DNA of 64,000 bases from Squalus acanthias (lineage: Eukaryota). Below the pieces are notes generated by a model. That model worked only from the letters and a program-made list of their open reading frames with translations, was not told the origin of the DNA and searched no databases. This document shows positions 43,666-55,548 of the stretch, piece after piece. Both the position numbers and the translations under genes were made by a program. The stretch is from the NCBI GenBank assembly GCA_030390025.1, contig CM059432.1, positions 82,772,001-82,836,000 on the forward strand. The letters are read 5' to 3'. Every line of letters begins with the position of its first letter. Position 1 is the stretch's first letter.

Positions 43666-46244
43666 AGAGGGATCATGCTCATCATCACTTTCTATTTTCT
43701 CTTATTGAGGTAATTTTCAATCCAATTTGCTAAATTGTCATTAATTCAATATTCCTTTATCTTTAAAAGCCTCAGATTATGAAATGCCTTCTGAAATTCT
43801 AAATATATTGTATTCACCGTACTAATTCATTTAGTTCAAAGAATCCCAGTAGATTTGTGAGGCACAACCTATTTCTTCTAAAGCCATACTGACTTCCCCC
43901 TATTCTCTAGATTAACTAGCCTATAATTCCTTCTTTAAAAATAATTAAATTACATGAAGCACTCATGAAGTCCTTGAGTGCAGTTCCAGTATTTATAGGA
44001 CTCCTAAAATATTAATTGAAGTCCTGCCTATATTTTCATCTCTCTTTCAGCAATCAAGCATATTGATCAATTGGTTTGGGTGGCCTGTAGGCATTCAATC
44101 CCATGTATTTATTTTTAACACATGCTTTACTAATCTTTGCATATACTGTTGATTCCTGAGCCAATCTGATTGGATCTGGGATCTGCATCATGAAGAATGA
44201 ATTTAAGATGCCTGCTATTTTACAATTGGGTGACTGAAAAAAAAATCATTTAGCAATTTTTGTTACCAGGGCAACTAATCGCATCCAACCAATCAAAATA
44301 AACATAAACATACAATACATTTGAACATATATATCTCACTCTCACTTTCTCCATTTGTTACTTGTCTTAAAGTGCCATCTATTGGTTGTTTCTTTCACAC
44401 AAATTATTCATCTACACCCTGCATAATTTTTTTTGCCACCTGCAGAACAGTTAAAGTTAACATTACTTTAGAAGAAAACACACAGTAGCTCACCACCAGA
44501 TCAGATTGACCACCTCAAGCAGGACTACCACTCCCCCTCCAGGATCAAATCCTGCAGAGCAATAACAGCTCCAAACACTTCTTCTCCACTATAAACAGCC
44601 ACTAATACCCTCCCCTCCTCCACACCATCCATCCTCACATCTGATACTAAATGCAAGGAGCTCTTTGTTTCTAAAATCAAGGCAATCTGCACAGCTGCTA
44701 CTGGTTCCCATCTCAACGGACCTCACTCCTTCAAGCCCTCCTCCCAACTCAGCTCCCCCCCAGTCCGCAGTGCTTCCTCCACAGTCCTCATTAAAGTAAT
44801 TTCTTATAGATGTTAATAGCACAGAAGGCGGCCATTCGCCCCATTGCGTCTGTGATGGCTCTTTGCTAGAGAAATCCAAATCTAATCCGTTAATAAATAT
44901 TTATCAATTTTCCATTAAAAGATGCAATGGTCTCTGCCTCAACCATTTCCTGTGGCAAATAATTCTATGCCCCAACAGTACACTGCATGAAGGAATTTCT
45001 TCTCATTCTCTTAGTGACTATTTTATATTGTTAACCCCTCATTACTGACTCCTAACCAGAGGAAATAGTCTTTCCCCATTCAATATCAAATCCCTTCACA
45101 ATTTAAAAGAAACCTCTACTGAATGTCCACAGCCTTCTCTATTCCAGTGGAAATTGTCCAAGTATCTCAACTCTCTCCTCAAGACTATAGTTTACCATCC
45201 CTGGCATCATCCTGGTGAATCTATGCAGCACACTCTCTATGCTCTTAATGTCCTCACACATCCATATTCAATTGCATCTTCCACCTGTCTTCCCATTCTT
45301 TTAAACTGGCTATTTCTTCCTGAAGTCTTTACAGTCCTCCTCACTGTTTGCCAAACCCTCTACTTATGTGTTATCAGTAGATTCCAACATTGTGCTCCCT
45401 GTACTCATGTTCAAATCATATGGGAGCAAAAGTAGACCCCGCGCTACCCCCCGGGTACACCATTTCCTAACCTTCTCCAATGTGAGCAAAATTCATTTAC
45501 CCTAACTCATTGTTTCCTGTCAGTCAACAACTTTCTATCTGTGCTGCCACAGTTCCTCTTATAGTATACATCTGAATTTTCGAACAAGCCTCATGTGAGA
45601 CACTTTATCAAACACCTTCTGAAATCCATATACACTTCATCTATGGCATTCCCTTCATCTATCCAATCAGTCACCTATTCAATCAACTCTATATCAAACG
45701 TGTCAAACATGACTTGCCTTTAACTAATTCTTGTTGGTTATACTTGGTTAACCCACGTATTTCTAAATGTTCACTTATTTTATCTTGAAATATGTATTAC
45801 AAGAGTTTGCACACTACTGATGTTAGCCTAGTCTTTACTTACCCAACTTATCTTTCTCTTCATTCTTGAACAAAGCCCACAGTGCAATTTGTATAACTAA
45901 GGAGGATTGAAAAATTGTGGCCAGAACCTCTGATAATTCCCCTTTTATTCTTTCAACATGCATGTCATCAGGGCCCCAGTGACTTATCCACCCTGAGTTC
46001 TGCTAATTTCTTTAGAACCAATTCCTTTTCTACAATTATCTCTAATAATTGTTCCATATCCTCCTCCAGTACACCTATATTTTTACTTCAACCATAATTT
46101 GTAAAAACTGGAGATCTTGAAAATATCCACCACATCTTCAACCTCTACAATTAAACTCTATCCATCCCTCAGTGGGTCTACCCTCTGTAGAACTATTCTT
46201 TTACTTTTTTTATATGCTTATAAAAGTCCTTATTATTTCCTAAT

Positions 46245-47798
46245 GGGCCATAATTGGCCGTCAAAATAACGGCAAGGCTAAAAACACTTGTCGTTATTTA
46301 TGTGCATATGCTACAGCAACTTCACGCGAGGTTAAACACAAAAATCCAAAAGTTGCTGTCCGAGATGCACCACTCCACCATTAGCTTTGTGAAAATGGTA
46401 TCTTGCTGTCTGGCTCAACATTGAAATCTATTGAATAGCATGAAGTTGCTGTACTTACATGGTAGATATGAACTAAACTCGCCACAGAATGTTAAGTCTT
46501 GTCCATTTCCAGACTGTTCGCAACCTTGGTGTCATATTTTTCCCCGAGATAAGCTTCCGACCACATATCGGCTCCATCACCAAGACTGCCTATTTACACC
46601 TCCATAACATCATCTGACACCACCCTTGCCTCAGCTCATCTGCTGCTGAAACCCTCATCCATGCCTTTGTTACCTCTAGACTTGACTATTCCAATGCTCT
46701 ACTGGCTGGCCTCTGATCTTTCACCCTACATAAACTTGAGCTCATCCAAAACTCTGCTGCCCATATCCTAACTCGCACCAAGTCCCGTTCACCCATCACC
46801 CCTGTGCTCAATGGCATACATTGGCTCCCGGTCCGGCAATGCCTCAATTTAAAAATTCTTACCCTGGTTTTCAAATCCCTCCATGGCCTCACCACCCACG
46901 CCCCGCCCCCCCCCACCACCCCTCCATCTCTGTAAACTCCTCCAGCTCTAACTATATTCGAGATATCTGCGCTCCTCCAATTCTGACCTCTTGCGTATCA
47001 CCAATTTTAATCGCTCCACCATTGGTGGCCGTGCCTTCAGCTGCCAAGGCCCTAAGCTCTGGGATTCCCTGCCTAAACCTCACCACCTCTCTACCTCTCT
47101 TTCCTCTCCTTTAAGACACTCCTTAAAACCTACTCCTTTGACCAAGCTTTTGGTCATCAGTCCTAATATCTCCTTATGTGGCTCAGTGTCAAATTTTGTT
47201 TCATATCGCTCCTGTGAAGCGCCTTGGGATGATTTACTATGGTAAAGGCGCTATAGAAATGCAAGTTGTTGTTGGTGTTGTTGTTTCAGTCTAAGTATCC
47301 TTTTAACAATGTGGTAAGTGTTAATTACTGCTAGTCAACCTCTCTGGCACTGAAAATTAACTATTGCAAGTGTGGAGTTTGATTCCTTCAGGTTTTAATT
47401 GTTGTTGGAGATTTTAAAAATGTAAAATTTTATAATTGTTTTATTACTTTTCCTTTCTGTCTCTTTTTTATCTTTCTCTTAATGCAATCTTTCTTCTCCT
47501 CTCTTTATTTCTCTTACTGTACCTGATTTGGCATTTAATTCACCCACTCTAATTTATACTTCCTTCTTCATCCTTGCACTGTTAATTTCACAATCCTTCA
47601 ATCTAACTGGTTAAGAAGATAAACAATTGCTTGCCCTGTTCACTCAGGTCCCAGATACCCAGTTTCCCTTGCTGGGACATTATAAGTTTGCACTTTCAAC
47701 AACTTGACATGCCAAAAATTTAAAAAACTAAACATGCAAGGGCAAGTCTAACTAACGGCAGACACTGTTAGATTCACTCCTACAGCAAATTATGGCTC
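46245..47798. mobile_element. Non-autonomous TIR element (Harbinger-like) carrying an L2 fragment
   Basis: taatgggccataatt / aattatggctcatta inverted ends (14/15). Confidence 0.6.
46510..47285 (+). mobile_element. L2 LINE 3' fragment
   Basis: gctgaaaccctcatccatgcctttgttacctctagacttgactattccaatg...RSTIGGRAFSCQGPKLWDSLP; tail aaggcgctatagaaatgcaagttgttgttg. Confidence 0.85.
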
Positions 47799-49034
47799 AT
47801 TATTTTAACTGCTAGTTTTGTTCCCTATTCCCTTTAAGCCCTTCTAATCTCCCATTTCAGTTCCACACTACACTTTCTATATTTCTTATTTTCTTTTGCA
47901 TTGTTAGCCCAAACTTTATCATTTCCCCCCTTTTAAGTTTCAGTTTAGTTTTAATCTCTATTTATCCACAGAACTGTTTTTTGATGCATCCTTTTTTCAC
48001 CATGCAGGAATATATTTATTTTGTATTGTTTCCATCTCATGTTTGAAGATTTCACATTGCTGATCCATCATTGACGTTTCTCTCCAGTTAATTTGAGACT
48101 GATCCCTTTTTATCTCATTGCACTTTGCTATTTTCCAGTCTAGCACCCTAACTATGACTCTTCGTTGTCCTTTTATATTTACATTGAACATAACTATGAC
48201 ATGGTTGCTATTTCCCAATTATTCTTCTACTCTCACATCAGTTATTTATCCCATTTCATGCCCCTCTAAATCAAGCAATGCTTCTTTCTTTAGTTAACTA
48301 GAAACATACTGATGTAGGAAATGGTCCTGGATGTATTCTAAAAAGGTGTTCCTGCTTTGACAACATGAATTATCTTCATTTCAGTCTATCTTGGAATAGT
48401 TAATTGTTTAGTAGGCAAATGTATTCACTTTCTCACCACTCTCTGTTCAACATTATTTGTCTTGTTCTTGCATTTCTATCACAAATTTCTCTCTTTACTT
48501 TATCATATCCCTCTATAAGTATGAATGCTTCTAATTTTCCAATTTTGAAAGCTTTGTGGACTCACGCAGATATCACTCAATCCTGACTCCAATTTACTGA
48601 AACATTGACCATTATTCTTTTCGCTGGATTTTCATTGAATCTTTTGATATCCCTTGCTCCTTCTACAACAGTGTTTTTACTTTTCAATACCTCAAAGTTT
48701 TTGCTTTCCTTTTCTTTGATAACATTTTCTCACTATTTATTTCAGGTGAGTCTTCTGCTTCTATTCCAAAAGATTAATTAATGTTGCTTTCCCGCTATAG
48801 TTTCAAACTTTGACTTTTCCCACTCCCTGCCTCTATGAAGACCATCATATTCTCCCTTGTGTCCCTAACAACCCAACTCTTAACTATCCAAGTTCCATTT
48901 CTTAAACTCAATACTTAACATCATCAACATTTCTTTATCATCCAGCACCATCCCTACCACTTTCAAAACCACCTTCATCAACCTGTTTCTTAAAAAGCCT
49001 TTTCCTATCAATTTTCTCTAATACTACTGTATCT

Positions 49035-49662
49035 TTCTTTCCTTCTTCTTAGGCAGTCCCTCGGAACCGAGGATGGCTTGCTTCCACATTAAAAATGAGT
49101 TCTCAGGTGACTGATGAGTCCAATGCGGGACCGACAGTCTCTGTCACAGGTGGGGCAGACGATGGTTGAGGGGCGGGGTGCTTGGGTTGACGTGCGTTCC
49201 TTCCGCTGTTTGCACTTGGCTTCCGCTTGCTCCCGGCGAAGAGATTCGAGGTGTTCGGCGCCTTCCCGGATGCTTCTCCTCCACTTTGTGCGGTCTTGGG
49301 CCAGGGATTCCCAGGTGTTGGTGGGGATGTTGCACTTTTTCAACGAGGCTTTGAGGGTGTCCTTGAAGCGTTTCCTCTGCCCACCTGGGGCTTTCTTGCC
49401 GTGTCGGAGCTCTGAGTAGAGCGCTTGTTTTGGGAGTCTCGTATCGGGCATGCGGACGGTGTGACCCATCCATCGGAGCTGATCGAGCGTGGTCAAAGCT
49501 TTGTAAGACAAAGGTCCTCTACCAACCTGCCCCCGCCACACAGTACTGCCCCCCGATTATCAAAATCCACGACAAGGCCTTGGACAACGTGGACCACTTT
49601 CCATACCTCGGGAGCCTAGTGTCAACAAGGGCAGATGTCGATGACGAAGTCCAACACCGCCT
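49035..49662 (-). mobile_element. 5'-truncated RTE-clade LINE with inverted 5' segment and 11-bp TSD
   Basis: 49035-49501 is the sense 3' end (LRWMGHTVRMPD...CPTCDRDCRSRIGLISHLRTHF, (AAG)n tail); 49503-49662 is an inverted upstream piece; TSD ctactgtatct at 49024-49034 and 49661-49671. Confidence 0.9.
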
Positions 49663-49849
49663 ACTGTATCTACAACCTACCCTTCCTGTCAAAGGTCCTG
49701 AAATGTTTTATTGCTACCTAACTATGTAAGAAAGAAGAAGAAAGTAGTTATAGTTCAGGGCATTCCAAAGTGCTTCACAGTCAATGAATTACTGTTGAAA
49801 TGTAGTCAATTGTTTAGTAGGCTAACATATTCAACATTTTCACCACACT

Positions 49850-50291
49850 TTTATTTATTCATTCATGGGATGTGGGCGTCGCTGGCAAGGCCAGCATTTA
49901 TTGCCCATCCCTAATTGCTCTTGAGAAGGTGGTGGTGAGCCACCTTCTTGAACCGCTGCAGTCCGTGTGGTGAAGGTACTCGCACAGTGCTGTTAGGGAG
50001 GGAGTTCTTGGATTTTGCCCCAGTGATGATGAAGGAACGGCAATATATTTTCAAGTCAAGATGGTGCGTGACTTGGAGGGGAATTGGAGGTGGTGGTGTT
50101 CCCATGCACCTGCTGCCCTTGTCCTTCTAGGTGGTAGAGGTCTCGGGTTTGGGAGGTGCTGCCGAAGAAGCCTTGGTGAGTTTCTGCACTGCATCTTGAA
50201 GATGGTGCACACTGCAGCTACGGTGCACCAGTGGTGGAGGGAGTGAATGTTTAAGGTGGTGGATGGAGGTGCCAATCAAGCGGGCTGCTTT
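49850..50291 (-). mobile_element. CR1/L2-group LINE 3' end (same family as 2555-3255)
   Basis: Reverse complement of ~2805-3250. Confidence 0.85.
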
Positions 50292-50655
50292 AGCAAAATA
50301 CTGTGGATGCTGGAATCCGAAACAAAAACAGAAAATGCTGGAAACACTCAGCAGGCCAGGCAGCATCTGTGGAGAGAGAAACAGAGGCCGCGGTCTTGCC
50401 GACTGAGACAGGAGTGGTCGTTGTCGGGCTATGAGCTTGCTGCCGTCTACATCCTACCTAGAAAAAAGATTTTCCGTTAATGGGCCTGGTTAAGCCTGCC
50501 CTTTGTGTTCCCCGACCCTATTACAAGGTGCGGGTCAAGTGATGTCAGTGCTGACGCTTCTTTTGCCAGTATATTTAAAGGGCTCATGGCCCCACCTCAT
50601 TTCATTTGCTCCATTTAAAGCATGCATTACAGATCTACCTTGTTCTGCTCCAAGA

Positions 50656-52541
50656 ATGGCCTCAGAAAGGCAGAGGGCTGCTCCTCACTTTAGTGATAAC
50701 TCGCTCCATGTTCTTGTGGAGGGAGTCCGAGCACGCAGGGAGGTTCTCTTCTCTGCCAGTGGGCGGAAGAGACCTCCCCAGGAGACCAAGGCAGCCTGGC
50801 TGCAAATAGCTGAGGAGGTAACAGGCAGGTGTGTGGTGATGAGGACCTGGCTTCAGTGCCGCAAGCGTTTTCATGATCTTCTACGATCTGGAAAATGAGT
50901 ATAAAGCCACACTTACCTTTATGCTGCTGTGCCTGTTCTCACTTCCCCATCACTCAGCATTCCCAACCCTACTCCTGCACATCGCAACTCGATGCAACAT
51001 CCCTTGCACCTTCACCCATCCCTCTCTAGCTAGCTACATTATTGCATCCCCATCTTCCTATGCACCCCTCACACTCACCCTCATCCTAATGTAATGATAC
51101 CAACTAGCAACAGTAAAGGATGCGACTTGTTACAGCCACCCCACTCCATTATAGTCTCCCTATAAAGATCTAACACATCTATTCCTGACACTCATTCCAT
51201 CAGTCTCACTCAACCTTCTCTTCTTTCCCTCCTTGCAGGAGAAGAGAGCCCACAACAAGAGGGAGAGGGAGAGAACGGGAGGTGGCCCTCAATCATTGGC
51301 CATTCTGACTCTTGCAGAGGAGGCTGCCCTGGAGATCACTGGAGCGGTGGACCAGCCGGAAGTGGGGGACGGAGAGAGGGGCTCATCAGAACAACCTGGT
51401 GCCAGAATCATTTTCCATACACCTACATGTCATTCATCAGTCACTCATATGGGGGTTGCTATCAACAGGAATTGATTGCTCATAATGTGCATAATGGTAT
51501 CTGTATGCAATTAACATATATATCGAATTGATGTCCTTACTCGCCCACAGGTCCATCAAGAGCCCCCTCCCCGCAATGTCCATGAGGAACTGGAGGAGCA
51601 CACCTCAGAGGAGGCTCCAGCCACTGAGGGTGCAGCGTCACCTGAGACAAGGCAAGCCAGCACCAGCACAGATACAATCACCTCAGTGGGTCCATCGCGA
51701 GATAGAGTAGTGTTGTCACCTGCTGTCTCACACATCACATGTGAGCAAGAGCAGACGGTGGAGACAGGGTCAGCAGTGGAGACTCCTCGTCGGAGGGCGC
51801 AGGACGCTCCTAGCTCTGCTCAGCTGCATGCAGATGCTGAGCCTCGGGGCCAACAAGGAAGAGGGCGGTCCTGGAGCTGGAGCAACAAGTGCAGGAGGCT
51901 CTGACAGGTTTTGCAACCGTGGTGACTGCGGATGTGCAAAGAATGGAGGAGTCCATCTCAAGCATGAGCACCACCATGGCGCATGCACTGGCAACTGTAG
52001 GTTCCGCCATGGAAAGGATGGCCACCTGCATGGCGAACCTAATGCACCAGTCGCATGAGCACATGGTCTCCCTTCAAAATAGATGGGCATCTATGGAGGA
52101 GAGAAACCAGAGGCTCATAGAGGTCCTTGCTAGGAGGAATGACAGTATAAACATGGGTCCTCATGGCCCCACTGATGTGCAGGAAGGTGCACTCCAGCTA
52201 CTTGCTAGCAGAGAAGTGCGGGTGGCCCATGAGAGGGATGATGGTGGGAGGGCACATGGAAGTGGGGGCTCCTCTCCAAGCGCTCACACTTCAACCCCCT
52301 TGCCTACCCCTCAAAGCCCCAGATGCCTCCACGGACAGCGATGGCCGAGTCTGCCACTGCACAGTCGCAGGAGGAGCACACTTTGGCCGGGTCCACACAG
52401 GCTCCAAAACCCAGAGGACGACCGCCAAAAGCATCGAAGCAGATGCAGCAGGGAAGTGAGCAGGCTGCCTCTACCTCTGCTGAAGTCACAGGGGTTGCAC
52501 CACGTAGAAGCACTCGGAAAAGAAAGATGACACACAAATAA
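50656..52541 (+). pseudogene. Harbinger Myb/SANT-like gene, exons 50656-50895, 51239-51398, 51551-52541; donor 1 damaged and frameshifts in exon 3
   Basis: MASERQRAAPHFSDNSLHVLVEGVRARREVLF...AWLQIAEEV...RTWLQCRKRFHDL; AAA|tgagt instead of |gtgagt; C-terminal PRRSTRKRK. Confidence 0.8.
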
Positions 52542-52828
52542 AGCCACAAGGGTAGTCAATTGGATGTTTCTTTCAATGTTAATAACAAGTTTCTGTTAAT
52601 TTAATTTTGTGGAATAAATCTTTAATTTGTTCAAATATTGTTCCTTCACAAATGTGTGTTGACACTTGGAAGTGGCAGAGTGGATGGTCAGGGATACTTT
52701 AATCTCCATAAATGGTGGTGAGATTGATAAGGTAGGACTGGCCATTGTAGGGATGGTTAATGGTGTTGATGTGGGCTGATGCCAATGTGCCAACACATGT
52801 GGCAGCCACATGTCTGTGTAGCGTGTAC

Positions 52829-54067
52829 TTAGCTAAATCTGGCCATGATGAGGTGATTCCTGGCCTCACGGGCAGCAATGTGTTCGTGTACTGGTGGCAT
52901 TGGTACCGCTGGCTGATCAAGGTTTTCCTCATCGTCGTCCTCAAACTCATGCTCCTCCTCCTCCGAAGAGGCTGTGTGCTCTGCGCATTCTTCCTCATGC
53001 CGCGCTAAGCCTCGCTGCTGTGCTATGTTGTGCAGGGCGCAGCAGACCACAACGATTCTGGAGACCCTGGCTGGTGAGTACTGCAGGGCTCCTCCAGATC
53101 TGTCCAGGCATCTGAAGTGCATTTTAAGCAACCCAATCGTCTGCTCTATGACATTTCTGGTGGAGATCAGCCTTTGATTGTAATGTTCCTCAGCCTCATT
53201 TGTTGTCCTCCTCATCGGTATCATGAGCCACGTCTTTAATGGATAGCCCTCGTCTCCAAGCAGCCAGTCGGAAAGACTGTTTGGAGGTATGAAGAGCTGA
53301 GGAGCGGTGGATTGGTGCAGGATGTAGGAGTCATGGCAGCTCCCAGGGAACTTGGCGCACACATGGACAAAGATCTTCCTATGGTTGCAGACCAGCTGCA
53401 CATTGAGGGAGTGGAAGCCCTTGTGGTTGACAAACACTGCTGGGTTATGATGGGGTGCCCTGATGGCCACATGTGTGCAATCGATTATGCCCTGCACCCT
53501 TGGGAATCCAGCCAGAGCCACAAAGCCGAGTGCGCACTCAGCAGCACTGGCTTCATCAGTTGCAAAGTTTATATAATTTGCTGACTTGTCAAATAGAGCA
53601 TCGGTCACCTGCGTAATGCATCTGTGTGCAGCCGACAGTGAGATGTCGCAAATGTCTGCTGCAGATGCCTGGAAGGAGCCTGAGGCGAAGAAGTTGAGGG
53701 CAAGGGTGACTTTCACAGCTGCTGGTAAGGGTTGTCCACCCACTCCTCTGGGCTGCAGCTCTTGCTCCAGCAATCTGCAAATGTCCACCACGACCTGGCA
53801 CAAAAGCCTAAGCCTCCGTTGGCACTGCTGCTCAGTCATGTTGAGGAAGCTCATCCTCTGCCTGTAAACCCTGTGCTGGGGGTAGCGCCTCCGGTGAAGT
53901 CCAGCCCTGCGCTGATGCCCTCTGCCCTGTGCAGCATCAGGTGGTTGAGGAGAAGGTTGGCGCTCTTGCTGTTGTTGTGGCTGCTGGGATGCCTGGTTCT
54001 GCTGGTGTTGAGGCTCTTCATGGTCAGATTCTGAGGACCAAGGTGAGAGAGTGTAAACCGTACCCAT
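52829..54067 (-). CDS. HARBI1-like DDE transposase, uninterrupted 412-aa ORF
   Basis: ATG at 54067 (MGTVYT); [41 protein letters not shown] and CCALHN motifs all present; acidic tail. Confidence 0.9.
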   Translation of the reverse strand: MGTVYTLSPWSSESDHEEPQHQQNQASQQPQQQQERQPSPQPPDAAQGRGHQRRAGLHRRRYPQHRVYRQRMSFLNMTEQQCQRRLRLLCQVVVDICRLLEQELQPRGVGGQPLPAAVKVTLALNFFASGSFQASAADICDISLSAAHRCITQVTDALFDKSANYINFATDEASAAECALGFVALAGFPRVQGIIDCTHVAIRAPHHNPAVFVNHKGFHSLNVQLVCNHRKIFVHVCAKFPGSCHDSYILHQSTAPQLFIPPNSLSDWLLGDEGYPLKTWLMIPMRRTTNEAEEHYNQRLISTRNVIEQTIGLLKMHFRCLDRSGGALQYSPARVSRIVVVCCALHNIAQQRGLARHEEECAEHTASSEEEEHEFEDDDEENLDQPAVPMPPVHEHIAAREARNHLIMARFS

Positions 54068-55548
54068 TCTGTTGTAATAGATGGCAGGTGACAGAGAGAA
54101 GACAGAAGCAAATCTGTGAATGCTGAGAGAGGTTGTTCCAATGAGGTGGAACTGGATAGAGAGTTGGCTCCAAACACTTGCAAGCTGCACAAGGCTCTAT
54201 ATGTCTTCTAAATGCAGTAACCAACAGTTTCTGAGCTCTGAAAGTGAACAGCTACAACATGGTATCCTTTATAGAACTTCTGCAGCTGTCAGGTAATCAG
54301 ATAATGCAATGCAGACTCAACTCATGACATGGTGAGCTGACGTGTTCCCCGAGCAGCGGGTAACCCGTGGGGGAGAATGTAAAATTGAAATGTAGCCTTA
54401 AAATAACAGTTAATTGGATGTTAACAACCCAGTTAATGATTTGAATTTCCTCCCCCATGCCGCTTGGTGTCGGGTCTGTTTTGCACCGACTGACCCGGCA
54501 CCTGGGAGACTCGCATGGGAGCGGGTTGAAAGCGGGTTCCCTACCCGCTGTCAATATTTGCCATTTTGACAGCTGACCCGCCTCCGAACCCGCCCTCTGA
54601 GCGCCGGCAAGATCGCGGTCAGAGTTACCGTTTTAGGTCTGTGACCCTTCGTCAGAACTGGAAAAAGTCAGAGATGTAACAGATTTTAACCAGGTGCAGA
54701 GACAGGGAAAGGGAGGGTGGGAAGGAAAGAACAAAAGGGACGGTCTGTGATAGGGTGGAAGGCAGGAGTGGTTAAATGTTGCAAGTGGGGATGGCAGAAT
54801 CATCTACAGCTGCCGCCTGAAAAAATAGGGGCAGAGATTCTGGTCTGAAATTGTTGAACTCGATGTTGAGTCCAGAAGGCTGTAAAGGGCTTAATCGAAA
54901 GATGAGATGCTTTTCCGCGAGCTTACGTTGAGCTTCGTTGGAAAAGTCTAAGAGGCTGAGAACGGAGAGGTCAGGGTGGGAGTGGAGCGGAGAATTAAAG
55001 TGACAGGTAACCGGAAGCTCGGGGTCACCCTTACGGACTGAACAGTGGAGTTCTGCAAAGCGGTCACCCAATTTGCGTTTGGTCTCCCCCATGTAGAGGA
55101 GACCACATTGTGAGCAGTGAATCCAGTATACTAAATGGCAAGAAGTACAAGTAAATCGCTGTTTCACCTGGAAGGAGTGTTTGGGGACCCTGGACAGTGG
55201 GAAGGGAGGTGGTAAAAAGGCAGGTGTTGCATCTCCTGCGCTTGCACGGGAAGGTGCCGTGGGGAGGGGAGGGGTGTTAGGGGTGATTGAGTAGTTGATG
55301 GGGGTGTCGCGGAGTGAGCAGTCCCTTCGGAGTGCTGAAAGGGGAGGTGAGGGGGAAGATGTGTTTGGTGGTGGGATCATGTTGGAGGTGGTGGAAATGG
55401 CAGAGGATGATCCATTGAATGTGAAGGTTGGTGGGGTGAAAGGTGAGGACAAGGGGAAAACCTATCGTGGTTGTGGGAGGGAGGGCAAGGGGTGAGGGTA
55501 GAAGTGCAGGAAATGGAATGCACACGATTGAGGGCCATGTCAACCACG

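Larger units (their letters stand above)
44815..48700 (-). mobile_element. Old, highly decayed CR1 with nested MITE and L2
   Basis: 3' end agcacagaaggcggccattcg at 44818; RT-region remnants 45590-45830; APE remnant GNSNHVIVMF at 47997-48218; boundaries approximate. Confidence 0.65.
50386..54620. mobile_element. PIF/Harbinger transposon family B, full-length
   Basis: 16-bp TIRs GGCCGCGGTCTTGCCG / CGGCAAGATCGCGGTC (14/16); 3-bp TSD AGA confirmed against the uninterrupted pLTR at 41991-42006. Confidence 0.95.
50292..55548 (-). mobile_element. Penelope-like element 3' part (pLTR + GIY-YIG endonuclease), interrupted by a Harbinger
   Basis: FTCTSCHLVYWIHCSQCGLLYMGETKRKLGDRFAE...AEKHLIFRLSPLQPSGLNIEF; the pLTR ggagagagaaacaga|gttaccg rejoins across 50386-54620. 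Confidence 0.88.

Noticed and set aside
52829..54190. Host HARBI1 gene
   Set aside because: It sits between TIRs with a TSD inside a Penelope pLTR and has related copies in the window, so it is a transposon gene; the first 41 ORF-track residues precede the first ATG.
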